From a virus, in IMG/VR virus record IMGVR_UViG_3300027749_000070, positions 27,247 through 91,246 of that record: a stretch of DNA of 64,000 nt. One strand, given 5' to 3'. Below are positions 32,862 through 42,089 of this stretch, piece after piece. A program made the position numbers and the translations under genes. Under the pieces are notes generated by a model. It did no database searches. It had not been told where the DNA came from and saw only the letters and a list, made by a program, of their open reading frames with translations. Position 1 is the stretch's first letter. Every line of letters begins with the position of its first letter.

Positions 32862-33127
32862 TGGTTATAAGTAAATTAAAAAAGCCTGATTTTTTACTAG
32901 ACGAAAAACAAATAGAACAATATTTTTGTTGTTGTGTCCCAGGTAGAAGAGGTGAAGAACATTTAGACTTCTGCACTACACATGAAGAAAATAATGTAAT
33001 AGATGGATATGCTTGGAATCTTTATTTAATTGATATAGATTATGAAGAGTATAAAAGAAGCTCAAATACCGAAAAATTAAGAAAAGAGTTAAAAACTCAA
33101 ATAATAGAATTACTAAAAACTAAATAA
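32861..33127 (+). CDS. Hypothetical protein
   Basis: Coupled ORF; CCC..H..C..H cluster. Confidence 0.65.
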   Translation: MVISKLKKPDFLLDEKQIEQYFCCCVPGRRGEEHLDFCTTHEENNVIDGYAWNLYLIDIDYEEYKRSSNTEKLRKELKTQIIELLKTK

Positions 33128-33132
33128 AAATT

Positions 33133-34071
33133 ATGGGAAGTTCATCCTACAGCCACGATGCTTATTCGTATTTTTCTAGCACAGCTAGAACAAAGTCAGT
33201 TGACGATGTGTTTACACAAAATAAAACCAGAACAATCGCCACAACAATGGATCCAAAAGGCATCACGTTTCGTGAAGCAAGAGATTCAGCCACACACCCA
33301 GAATCATTAGCAATTATGATTTGGTTAGATGTAACAGGTTCAATGGGCAAAATACCTGAAATAATCGTGAAAGAAAAATTAGATAAAATTATGTCTACCT
33401 TAATCAATCACGGTGTTAATGACGCTGCTGTATTCTTTGGTGCAATTGGTGATCACAACACAGGTCTACGTTCCGACAAATACCCACTACAAGTTGGACA
33501 ATTTGAAAGCGGAACAGATGAATTAGTTACTTGTCTTTCTTCAGTTTATATCGAAGGCGGTGGTGGCGGAAATAGCTGTGAGTCTTATTGCCTTGGGCAC
33601 TATTTTGCCGGTAAACATACTTCTATCGACTGCTATGAAAAAAGAGGTAAAAAAGGTTTCTTATTCACCATTGGTGATGAAATGAATCATAAAGTATTTA
33701 CAGCGGAAGAACAAATTAGAATATTTGGCTATGAAGCTGGACAAACTATGACTGATAAAGAAATGCTTGCTATGGCTCAACGTATGTATAATGTATTCCA
33801 TATACATTGTAATGAAACCTCTTATAAAGATAGTCCAGAAGTTTTAAACTATTGGAAAGATTTATTGGGGGAAAGATTAATCATAATGGATGACTATAAT
33901 ACCGTTGCCGAAATAATTGCATCTACAATTGCAGTTATGAATGGAGTAAGTATTGATACAGTAACATCTTCTTTTGATTCCTCAGTTGCTAGTTCTGTTA
34001 GAACAGCGTTGGCAAAAGTTGATATGAGTGTAACAACTTATTCATCTGAAACAGGTGTTGTAGCACTTTAA
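33133..34071 (+). CDS. von Willebrand factor A domain protein
   Basis: MIDAS-like LDVTGSMG, GGGGN..ESY, FTIGDE. Confidence 0.85.
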   Translation: MGSSSYSHDAYSYFSSTARTKSVDDVFTQNKTRTIATTMDPKGITFREARDSATHPESLAIMIWLDVTGSMGKIPEIIVKEKLDKIMSTLINHGVNDAAVFFGAIGDHNTGLRSDKYPLQVGQFESGTDELVTCLSSVYIEGGGGGNSCESYCLGHYFAGKHTSIDCYEKRGKKGFLFTIGDEMNHKVFTAEEQIRIFGYEAGQTMTDKEMLAMAQRMYNVFHIHCNETSYKDSPEVLNYWKDLLGERLIIMDDYNTVAEIIASTIAVMNGVSIDTVTSSFDSSVASSVRTALAKVDMSVTTYSSETGVVAL

Positions 34072-34116
34072 AAAACAAATCTATTAATACTATAACAGGT
34101 ATTAGTGGAACTAATT

Positions 34117-34299
34117 ATGGGAAGTATATTAACAGCGATATATGATGATTACGATGATTATAAAGCATTCTGTGAGTGCATAGGTGAGGAAATTATGCCT
34201 ATTTATCATATTAAATCATTTTATGAACATAGAGAAGAATTACTTAAATTAAAAGGATTTAAGACAATAGAAGATTATTTTCTAAATAAAAATCAATAA
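34117..34299 (+). CDS. Hypothetical protein
   Basis: Short ORF within the operon. Confidence 0.55.
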   Translation: MGSILTAIYDDYDDYKAFCECIGEEIMPIYHIKSFYEHREELLKLKGFKTIEDYFLNKNQ

Positions 34300-34301
34300 A
34301 A

Positions 34302-34949
34302 ATGGCAAAGAAAAAAGATATATTAAATATAGCAGTGGATTTTGATGGAACGTGTGTGTCACATGAATATCCAAAAGTAGGCAAAGATATTGGCGCAGTT
34401 CCAGTATTAAAAGAACTTGTAAACTTAGGACACAAACTAATTCTTTTTACCATGAGAGATGGACAAGAATTGCGGGATGCTGTTGAATGGTTTAAACAAA
34501 ATGATATTAAACTCTATGGGGTTCAATACAATCCTACACAACAACATTGGACTAAATCTAATAAATGTTATGCCAATCTTTATATAGACGATGCAGCACT
34601 TGGTTGCCCATTAATCTATGAAGATGGTGTAGAAAGACCTTATGTTGATTGGAAAATAGTTAGAGAAATGGTGATTGAAGGCAAAATAGGAAAAACCTTG
34701 GAAGATTTACAAATTGAAAACTTCGATAAACATGATTGGAATAGTTTACATGATGTTATATTTGATATAACTGATAAAGAATTATCACAGGAACAATTAG
34801 AAAAAGCATTTAGATTATTACCCGAAAATATCAAAGAAGATGCTTACCACTGGGGCTTAAGTGATACACCAGTTAGAGATAACATACATGAGCATTATCA
34901 AGAAATAGCTAAAAGTATAGATAACTTTAATAAATTATTAGATAAATAA
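34302..34949 (+). CDS. HAD-superfamily phosphatase with C-terminal extension
   Basis: IAVDFDGT, LFTMR, K, LYIDD. Confidence 0.85.
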   Translation: MAKKKDILNIAVDFDGTCVSHEYPKVGKDIGAVPVLKELVNLGHKLILFTMRDGQELRDAVEWFKQNDIKLYGVQYNPTQQHWTKSNKCYANLYIDDAALGCPLIYEDGVERPYVDWKIVREMVIEGKIGKTLEDLQIENFDKHDWNSLHDVIFDITDKELSQEQLEKAFRLLPENIKEDAYHWGLSDTPVRDNIHEHYQEIAKSIDNFNKLLDK

Positions 34950-34970
34950 AACATTAATATCAAAAGAAAT

Positions 34971-36221
34971 ATGAAATATTCAATCGTACTAGGCACTCAA
35001 TTTGGAGATGAAGGTAAAGGATCATTTACTAACTACCTTTGTTCTAAATCGGAAACCCCATTAGTTATACGCTTCAATGGTGGTCATCAAGCCGGACACA
35101 CTGTTTTACATAATGGTAATAGACATACATTTTCTTCATTCGGCTCAGGTACATTACAGAATGTTCCTACATACTGGTCAAGATTTTGCACTATATATCC
35201 AACAGCAGTATTTAATGAATATAACAAATTAAAAGAAATAGGTATAACACCTAATATTTACTTTGACCCATTATGTCCTATAACTACTCCATATGATGTA
35301 TTGGCAAATATAGTAGCGGACAGAAAGAATAATCATGGCACAGTTGGTGTTGGTTTCGGAGCTACTTTAAAGCGTCAAGAAGCATATTTTAAGCTTTATT
35401 ACCAAGATTTATTCAATAAAACCGTATTAAAAGCTAAGATGTCTAACATAAAGCAGTATTATGGTGAAATACATAGAGATTATATCTATGATATAGAAGA
35501 TAAATTAGAAGCATGGTATAATTCAATTGACTTCTTAATAAAAGAAGAAATATTCTCAAAATCAAAAATGGGGTTTCAAAAACTTAATGTTGACGGAACA
35601 CACGATCATTTAATTTTTGAAGGAGCACAAGGTATTCTACTTGATCAAGATTTTGGTTTCTTTCCAAATGTCACTCGTTCTAATACTACTTCTAAAAATG
35701 TATTTACTTTATTATCGGAATTAGAAATAAGTGAAAATATTTCGGAGTGGTTGCATCAAAAAAATGCAAGTATATATTACATAACCAGACCATATCAAAC
35801 TAGACATGGTATGGGATTTATGTCGAATAGAGAATTATTAGAAGATAGAAAATTAATTATTCCTGATTTAATTAATACCGAAAATGAGATTAACATAGAT
35901 GGTGGTGAACAAGGCATATTTCGTAAATCTATACTAGATTTAGATTTAATACAATATGCGATAGAATCAGATAATAATTTCTCAAAAGATTATAAAAAAA
36001 CTATTGTAATTAGTTGTTTAGATCAAATAAAAAATCCAGACGAAATAAAATATACAATAAATAGCGAATTAAATACTTCAAATTTATCAACCTTGAAAGA
36101 TAAAATAACAAAATTAACTGGTATTAATACATTTATAGATGGAGTATCTGAAGGAAACTTTAAAGAGTATTGGAAAGCAAAAATGAGATTTATACCTAAT
36201 AATATGTATAGTAATAAGTAG
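34971..36221 (+). CDS. Adenylosuccinate-synthetase-like ligase (divergent PurA family)
   Basis: QFGDEGKG, RFNGGHQAGHT, FEGAQG.LLD, PNVTRSNT, YQTRHG; aspartate loop not conserved. Confidence 0.85.
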   Translation: MKYSIVLGTQFGDEGKGSFTNYLCSKSETPLVIRFNGGHQAGHTVLHNGNRHTFSSFGSGTLQNVPTYWSRFCTIYPTAVFNEYNKLKEIGITPNIYFDPLCPITTPYDVLANIVADRKNNHGTVGVGFGATLKRQEAYFKLYYQDLFNKTVLKAKMSNIKQYYGEIHRDYIYDIEDKLEAWYNSIDFLIKEEIFSKSKMGFQKLNVDGTHDHLIFEGAQGILLDQDFGFFPNVTRSNTTSKNVFTLLSELEISENISEWLHQKNASIYYITRPYQTRHGMGFMSNRELLEDRKLIIPDLINTENEINIDGGEQGIFRKSILDLDLIQYAIESDNNFSKDYKKTIVISCLDQIKNPDEIKYTINSELNTSNLSTLKDKITKLTGINTFIDGVSEGNFKEYWKAKMRFIPNNMYSNK

Positions 36222-36268
36222 TATTATATATATCATGATGTTGACGATCTTTTGCTAAACCCTTTATT

Positions 36269-36332
36269 AATGACATTACAAAATAAAATCTTTGAAATTA
36301 TTTTGTAATGTCATTTTTTATTTGTATATTTG
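36269..36332 (+). promoter_or_regulatory. Long inverted repeat (terminator-like) overlapping a Bacteroidota promoter
   Basis: AATGACATTACAAAATA...TATTTTGTAATGTCATT; TTTG(36302)-N19-TATATTTG(36325). Confidence 0.6.
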
Positions 36333-36353
36333 TATAGAGTAAAAAAAAAATTT

Positions 36354-36536
36354 ATGAGTAGAATTAAGGAATTATACAAAATAATAGAAGAAGCAAAGAA
36401 GGAAATTGAAGAGATTCGCACTAATTGCCAGCATATTAAGACATTCAAAGGTGATTATATGTGGGCACCAGGTCATATAAACACAGGTTATATTTGTGAA
36501 GATTGCGGTAAATACTTAGGTAAAGATGAAAATTAA
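36354..36536 (+). CDS. Small Zn-binding protein
   Basis: Coiled coil, then CQH...CEDCG. Confidence 0.7.
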   Translation: MSRIKELYKIIEEAKKEIEEIRTNCQHIKTFKGDYMWAPGHINTGYICEDCGKYLGKDEN

Positions 36537-36873
36537 ACATAAAATACCTATGAAGTTTCAAGACGGTGATGGTGGGCGTAAAATGAAAGCAGAGTTTATT
36601 GGAAAAACTTGCATTGATCTTGTATTAGAAGGATATAGAACTGGCACAAGCCGTGATATGTCCAAAGCTTGGAATAAGTATGATATTAAAGTAGGTGATA
36701 TAGTTATGTTTTATTCAGGAAATAAAAAAGCTTATGTGGAAATTACAAAAGCTCCTTATTCTATAAAAGATATAAGCCGAGAAGAATGGTCTAAATTAGA
36801 ATGTTGGGATGTTTCTGTTTATGACAAATTAAATAAAAATTACCAACAATACCAATATAAATTAATACCGTGA
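36526..36873 (+). CDS. ASCH / PUA-like domain protein
   Basis: DLVLEGYRTGTSR...IKVGDIV..LE resembles the ASCH GxKxxTxR signature. Confidence 0.6.
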   Translation: MKIKHKIPMKFQDGDGGRKMKAEFIGKTCIDLVLEGYRTGTSRDMSKAWNKYDIKVGDIVMFYSGNKKAYVEITKAPYSIKDISREEWSKLECWDVSVYDKLNKNYQQYQYKLIP

Positions 36874-37133
36874 ATAGAAACTTATATTATACAGTAGAAC
36901 ATATACTCTCCGAACTTGCTATTATTATAACACATAATAGTAAATTACCAGAAGAAATATATGAATGCTATACCGAATTGCAAGAAATAGCTGATGATTT
37001 AGAATTAATGGTACAAAGAAGCGGTATGGATTGTGAAGAAATTGCTAATGATATATATAACATATATTTAGATATGATTGATTTATATATCGAATATTTA
37101 GAAATACAGGCATCACACGTAGATATGTTATGA
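36870..37133 (+). CDS. Hypothetical acidic helical protein
   Basis: Overlapping coupled ORF. Confidence 0.55.
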   Translation: MNRNLYYTVEHILSELAIIITHNSKLPEEIYECYTELQEIADDLELMVQRSGMDCEEIANDIYNIYLDMIDLYIEYLEIQASHVDML

Positions 37134-37432
37134 AAAATACATTAAGTAAACAAGAAATAAATACTTTATTTGAAAAAGGTAAATGGATTACAACCAATAA
37201 TATTAAAGCGGTTTATCTTCTATCTACCTCTTTTAACTATATGGTAAGTGGACCGAAGAAGAATTTCAAAAAAGCTGTTGATAGGAATAAAATCAAAAGA
37301 CATTTAAGAGCAACATTAAAAAAATGTTCAAAACCGATTTCAATCGCTTTAATATATTCTTCGAAAGACATTAATTCACTTACATTGGTAGACAAAGAAG
37401 TAGAGCAGATATTAGCTTCTTTAAAAGTCTAA
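37130..37432 (+). CDS. rnpA: RNase P protein component
   Basis: RNR motif PKKNFKKAVDRNKIKRHLR; N-terminal EINTLFEKG. Confidence 0.8.
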   Translation: MKNTLSKQEINTLFEKGKWITTNNIKAVYLLSTSFNYMVSGPKKNFKKAVDRNKIKRHLRATLKKCSKPISIALIYSSKDINSLTLVDKEVEQILASLKV

Positions 37433-37466
37433 TTTTAAACTCATAGGTTTTATATATATATACAAT

Positions 37467-38294
37467 ATGAAATATTTAAACAATTTCAATTATTATAAAC
37501 CTGTGATTAAAGAAGCAATAGATACAAAAATATATGAATCTAATTTCTCCTTCTCTCCAACAAATGTTTTATATACCTTTTGTTCATTAACACAAAAGAC
37601 ATATCCACATGGAACGGAAGCAGAAGTGTTAAAATGGATTAATCATCCATTACAACAAGATGAATATGATAATTACTTCATTAAAATAGGTGAAAGTAAT
37701 ACAATGTTTACATCACATTTGGATTCAGCAACTAATAAACAAGAAACAGTTAATCTAATTAAGTTTGTGGAAAATGATAATTTATTCATTACTACTGACG
37801 GAAATACTATTCTTGGAGCTGATGATAAAGCTGGTGTAACAGTAATGCTTTATATGATTGAGCATAATATACCTGGTCTTTACTACTTTTTTGTAGGTGA
37901 AGAAATAGGTGGAATAGGTTCAATAAATTTAGCCGGTTCAAATCATGATAATTTAAATGATATACAAAGGTGTATATCATTTGATAGAAGAGGATATGAA
38001 TCAGTTATAACGCATCAAATGTTCGAGTCTTGTTGCACGGATAGTTTTGCGGATGCATTATGTGAAGCTTTTGAAGAAAATGGATTGAAATTGAATAAAG
38101 ATAATACTGGTATATTTACTGATTCAGCCAATTTTATGGGTGTTATAGATGAGTGCACCAATATATCTGTAGGTTATTTTCACGAGCATACTAAACGTGA
38201 ATATCAAAACATCACATATCTAGAAAAATTGTGTGATGCTTGTACCAAAATTAAATGGGATAATCTACCGATCAAAAATAAAAATCTTTTATGA
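37467..38294 (+). CDS. M20/M28-family metallopeptidase
   Basis: SHLD, LGADDKAG, GEEIG, ISFD, EHT. Confidence 0.85.
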   Translation: MKYLNNFNYYKPVIKEAIDTKIYESNFSFSPTNVLYTFCSLTQKTYPHGTEAEVLKWINHPLQQDEYDNYFIKIGESNTMFTSHLDSATNKQETVNLIKFVENDNLFITTDGNTILGADDKAGVTVMLYMIEHNIPGLYYFFVGEEIGGIGSINLAGSNHDNLNDIQRCISFDRRGYESVITHQMFESCCTDSFADALCEAFEENGLKLNKDNTGIFTDSANFMGVIDECTNISVGYFHEHTKREYQNITYLEKLCDACTKIKWDNLPIKNKNLL

Positions 38295-38494
38295 CATCAG
38301 ATTCGGGTCCCAAACAGAACCAAGAACTAAACTACATTACCATCAAAAATAAATATGATGATCAAAAATTAACATTCGCATTAAAATTAAAAGAAAAGAA
38401 ATGCTGGTATGTTGATGTAGACTCCAAAAACAAAAATCTAATACCTGTTGAATTTAATAGATTTTTTGACAATAACGGTAATTATATAAACTAA
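38291..38494 (+). CDS. Hypothetical protein
   Basis: Coupled ORF. Confidence 0.55.
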   Translation: MTSDSGPKQNQELNYITIKNKYDDQKLTFALKLKEKKCWYVDVDSKNKNLIPVEFNRFFDNNGNYIN

Positions 38495-38805
38495 TGACAC
38501 TATATTTAGTCGCATACAAACCTAATCAAGTAATAAGCACAACTAGTGCTGTTACAGAACTAGAAATGCTTTATGTTGAAAAATGGTTAGAAACAAATTC
38601 ATTAAAAGAAATTAATACATTTCTTATGAGTGAACCAGGTGGTCGAAATATACCTCTATTATCTTCGAATGATAAAGAAAGATTAGCAGAAGATGGTAGA
38701 ACTGTATTATTATTTGGACATGAATACTGGGTTTTATTTGATATGTCACATGATAATAATAAAGCTATATGGAGAGAAATAGCAATTGATTCTATACTTG
38801 AATAA
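38494..38805 (+). CDS. Hypothetical protein
   Basis: Coupled ORF ending WREIAIDSILE. Confidence 0.6.
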   Translation: MTLYLVAYKPNQVISTTSAVTELEMLYVEKWLETNSLKEINTFLMSEPGGRNIPLLSSNDKERLAEDGRTVLLFGHEYWVLFDMSHDNNKAIWREIAIDSILE

Positions 38806-38819
38806 AAGTAGAAATATTT

Positions 38820-38849
38820 AAAAGTAGTTAGTATATACTAACTACTTTT
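38820..38849. terminator. Perfect 30-bp palindrome / terminator
   Basis: AAAAGTAGTTAGTAT|ATACTAACTACTTTT followed by T-run. Confidence 0.75.
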
Positions 38850-38910
38850 TTTGTCTTAAATCGTCTAAAAAGTGCTTTAAAATCAATTTTAGAAGCATAA
38901 TATATAAGAT

Positions 38911-39600
38911 ATGAAAAATCTATTATTTATTTTTATGCTCTTACCTTTATTCGTAAAGTCACAAACTAATTGTGTTAAAATAGAACATAACGGTTATATA
39001 ACATCATTTGATACCGTATTAGAATATCCTATTTTAGTAGAATGGTGGGACACAAAAGAAAGATGTGGTTGTAATCAAATTCCAAGAAAAGATCAATTTG
39101 CACCAGATCCGTTACTTAAAAATCAAACCGATATTCAAGAAGAATATGACTTAGCTAATAAAACCGAAAAATCAAAAGGCTTAAAAGGATTTGATAGAGG
39201 ACATATGAGTCCAGCTGCGGATAATGAGTGTCCTTATACACATGATGGTAAAATTACAAAAGCAGAAGAAATGTTAACTGAATGTTTTTACTTCTCTAAT
39301 ATGACACCACAATACCATTCTTTAAATGCAGGCGATTGGAAAAAACTAGAAGAAAAAACTAGAAAATTAGCTATAGTAGAAGACTCTGTACATATTTGGT
39401 GTGGCTCTGTTGGAAAACTAATGGTTATAAATAAAATGGCTATTCCAGAAAAATGTTGGAAAGTTATTTACATAAAAAAATTAAATATATTTGAATATTA
39501 TATTTTTAAAAATTCAACAGATAAACCAATTGGATTAGATAAATGTAAAGTAACAAAAGAAGAAATTGAAAAATTAACAGGTTTAACTTTTCAAATATAA
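38911..39600 (+). CDS. DNA/RNA non-specific endonuclease (NucA-like) with signal peptide
   Basis: DRGH, SNMTPQ..LN..W..LE; hydrophobic N-terminus; late motif upstream. Confidence 0.9.
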   Translation: MKNLLFIFMLLPLFVKSQTNCVKIEHNGYITSFDTVLEYPILVEWWDTKERCGCNQIPRKDQFAPDPLLKNQTDIQEEYDLANKTEKSKGLKGFDRGHMSPAADNECPYTHDGKITKAEEMLTECFYFSNMTPQYHSLNAGDWKKLEEKTRKLAIVEDSVHIWCGSVGKLMVINKMAIPEKCWKVIYIKKLNIFEYYIFKNSTDKPIGLDKCKVTKEEIEKLTGLTFQI

Positions 39601-39615
39601 AAATAAAAATAATTT

Positions 39616-39978
39616 ATGAGCATAAAAGAATTTTTTAGTGGCAACTCTAAATATGAAAAAATAGAAAACTCACAAAGATTTTATTACATGTTGCAAAACA
39701 TGCATTCTAATAGATGGAAAATAACATTAATAGTATTATTCACCTTCTTTTTCATAATTTTTGGTATAGTATTATCAGTAATGTTTAAAGCTAGCATACA
39801 AGAATCATGGAAAGAAATGTTATTAATATTATTAGGTGCATTTGTTGGAAATTTAAATAAAGTAATTGATTTTTGGTTTTCTAATGAAGATAGAGATAAA
39901 TTAATGGTACAAAAGATGGATGAGGAAGATGATGATCCAGGTAGTGAAAAATTTAATATTCTAAACGAAAAACATTAA
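39616..39978 (+). CDS. Two-TM membrane protein
   Basis: Two hydrophobic helices; VIDFWF. Confidence 0.7.
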   Translation: MSIKEFFSGNSKYEKIENSQRFYYMLQNMHSNRWKITLIVLFTFFFIIFGIVLSVMFKASIQESWKEMLLILLGAFVGNLNKVIDFWFSNEDRDKLMVQKMDEEDDDPGSEKFNILNEKH

Positions 39979-40000
39979 TACGATTGCTACATATAATTAT

Positions 40001-41482
40001 ATGAGCAAATTAACACCTTCTATCTTTCAAAAAGACATTTTTGATTTCGTCAAAAATGGTAGCGGCAATGCTGTAATTAATGCGGTTGCCGGTAGTGGTA
40101 AAACTACTACAATAATTGGGTCTTTAAAATATATTCCACAAGAAAAATCAATTATATTTTTAGCCTTTAATAAATCAATAGTCGAAGAAATAAAATTAAA
40201 AGTACCGGGAAATGTAAAAGTGCAAACTTTCCATTCTCTTGGTGCTTCTTCTATTTATAAGTCTTATAGAGATAAAGCCAAATTAGAAAATAATAAAATA
40301 TTTGAGTTTATAAATAATATGTCCCCAAGATGGGCAATGATTGATAAAAAAGAAATTGATACCGATTATAAAGGACGTATTAAAAAAATAGTTGATTTAG
40401 CTAGATGTTTTTTATGTCATGACCCAGAAGAATTAAAAGATATATGTTATAAACACCAAATAGATGTTTTAGGTTTAGAAATAGAAAGAGCCTTAAAAAT
40501 TATTAACGATGCTAATAATGATATATCTACTTTTGATTTTACTGATATGATATATTGGCCCGCTAATTATGATCACTTTAAATTGGAAAAATATGATTAT
40601 ATTTTTGTGGATGAATGCCAAGATTTAAATAGAACACAACATAAATTAATTGAAAAATTAGCACACACAGATAGTCGAATCGTAGCAGTAGGAGACAAAA
40701 ATCAAGCTATTTACGGCTTCGCAGGCGCGGATGCGGATAGTTTTGAAAGATTAACTAAAATACCAAATACAGTTTTACTTCCTCTTTCTGTTAATTATAG
40801 ATGTGGTTCTAAAATAATAGAATTAGCCAAAAACTTTGTTACTCAAATACTAGCGCATGATGATGCACCAGAAGGTATATTAGAACATAACGCTTCTGTT
40901 AAAGATGTATTGGAAGGAGATATGGTGCTTTGTAGAAATTCTGCGCCATTAGTTAAATTATGTTTAGAGTATCTACATGATAATAAAAAGGCGTATGTAA
41001 AAGGTGCTGATATAGGAGAAGATTTAATTAGATTGATTGTTCGTTCAAATACTAGAACTACTGATAATTTGAAAAATTGGTTAGATACAGAAATGAAAAA
41101 AGTTATTTTAGCTATTAAAAAGAAATATCCATTTTTAGAAGATGTTGAAATAAAAGAACATAATTCATTTATTCTTTTTTATGAAAAGCATTTACTAATT
41201 AATACGGTTATTACTAATGATAATATAACTGATTGTAATAATTTAATTTCTAAAATTAGACAGATATTTTTGGATAATAGCACTGGTATTTGCTTATCAA
41301 CAATTCATAAAGCAAAAGGATTGGAATGTAATAGAGTATTTATTATTGACAGAGAAAAAACAATGCCGTCTAAATATGCCAAATTACCTTGGCAAAAAGA
41401 GCAAGAATTTAATCTTCAGTATGTCGCCTTCACTAGAGCCAAAAACTACCTTGGATTTATATCAGATTGGTCATTCTTTTAA
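40001..41482 (+). CDS. SF1 UvrD/Rep-type helicase
   Basis: AVAGSGKTT, VDECQD, VGDKNQAIYGF, STIHKAKGLE, YVAFTRAK. Confidence 0.92.
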   Translation: MSKLTPSIFQKDIFDFVKNGSGNAVINAVAGSGKTTTIIGSLKYIPQEKSIIFLAFNKSIVEEIKLKVPGNVKVQTFHSLGASSIYKSYRDKAKLENNKIFEFINNMSPRWAMIDKKEIDTDYKGRIKKIVDLARCFLCHDPEELKDICYKHQIDVLGLEIERALKIINDANNDISTFDFTDMIYWPANYDHFKLEKYDYIFVDECQDLNRTQHKLIEKLAHTDSRIVAVGDKNQAIYGFAGADADSFERLTKIPNTVLLPLSVNYRCGSKIIELAKNFVTQILAHDDAPEGILEHNASVKDVLEGDMVLCRNSAPLVKLCLEYLHDNKKAYVKGADIGEDLIRLIVRSNTRTTDNLKNWLDTEMKKVILAIKKKYPFLEDVEIKEHNSFILFYEKHLLINTVITNDNITDCNNLISKIRQIFLDNSTGICLSTIHKAKGLECNRVFIIDREKTMPSKYAKLPWQKEQEFNLQYVAFTRAKNYLGFISDWSFF

Positions 41483-41496
41483 AAATAAAAATAAAA

Positions 41497-42079
41497 ATGG
41501 ATAAAAAATTTTGTAGTAATAAACATTTATGTATAAACCCTAATCAGGGTAATTTAACACAGAGCAATTATAGCAAGGGTGGTGGAGTTAATGGAAGAAA
41601 GCAGTGTAAATATTGTCAACAAAAAGGTATAAAATTACCACAATTTGATTATATTTAAAGATTTTAACAAAAGAAGTAAAAATATTTGTATTTTATGCAG
41701 AAAAAAATATGATGATGAATATAATAAAAAAGAAGAAACGGTAAAACGAATTAAAACTTATTTAAAAACAGATACTTATTTTAACAATAGATATAAATTA
41801 AATAATTACATGTCTGGTGAAAAATTTTTTATGAGAGAAGAATTTAGAATGATGCTATCAAATCAAAATAATAGTTGTTGTATATGTGAGGAAGTATTTA
41901 TAGATGATAAATCTGCACATGTAGATCATTGTCATAAAACCAATCAAGTTCGTGGATTATTATGCTCAAAATGCAATCATGGGTTAGGCTTATTTAAAGA
42001 TGATGTTGGTATATTAAAAAATGCCATAAATTATTTAGGTATAATTACAGATTGGAGTTTTTTCAAAGAGAATTCTTAA
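41497..42079 (+). mobile_element. Endonuclease VII-type HNH homing endonuclease, split over two frames
   Basis: 41497-41658 Cys-rich part, then +1 frame 41645-42079 with CCIC..HVDHCH..VRGLLCSKCNHGLG. Confidence 0.75.
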
Positions 42080-42089
42080 TATATACTCT

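Noticed and set aside
34971-36221. PurZ (2-aminoadenine DNA pathway)
   Set aside because: Retains the Asp of GDEGKG, and no dATPase or MazZ-like neighbours were recognised.
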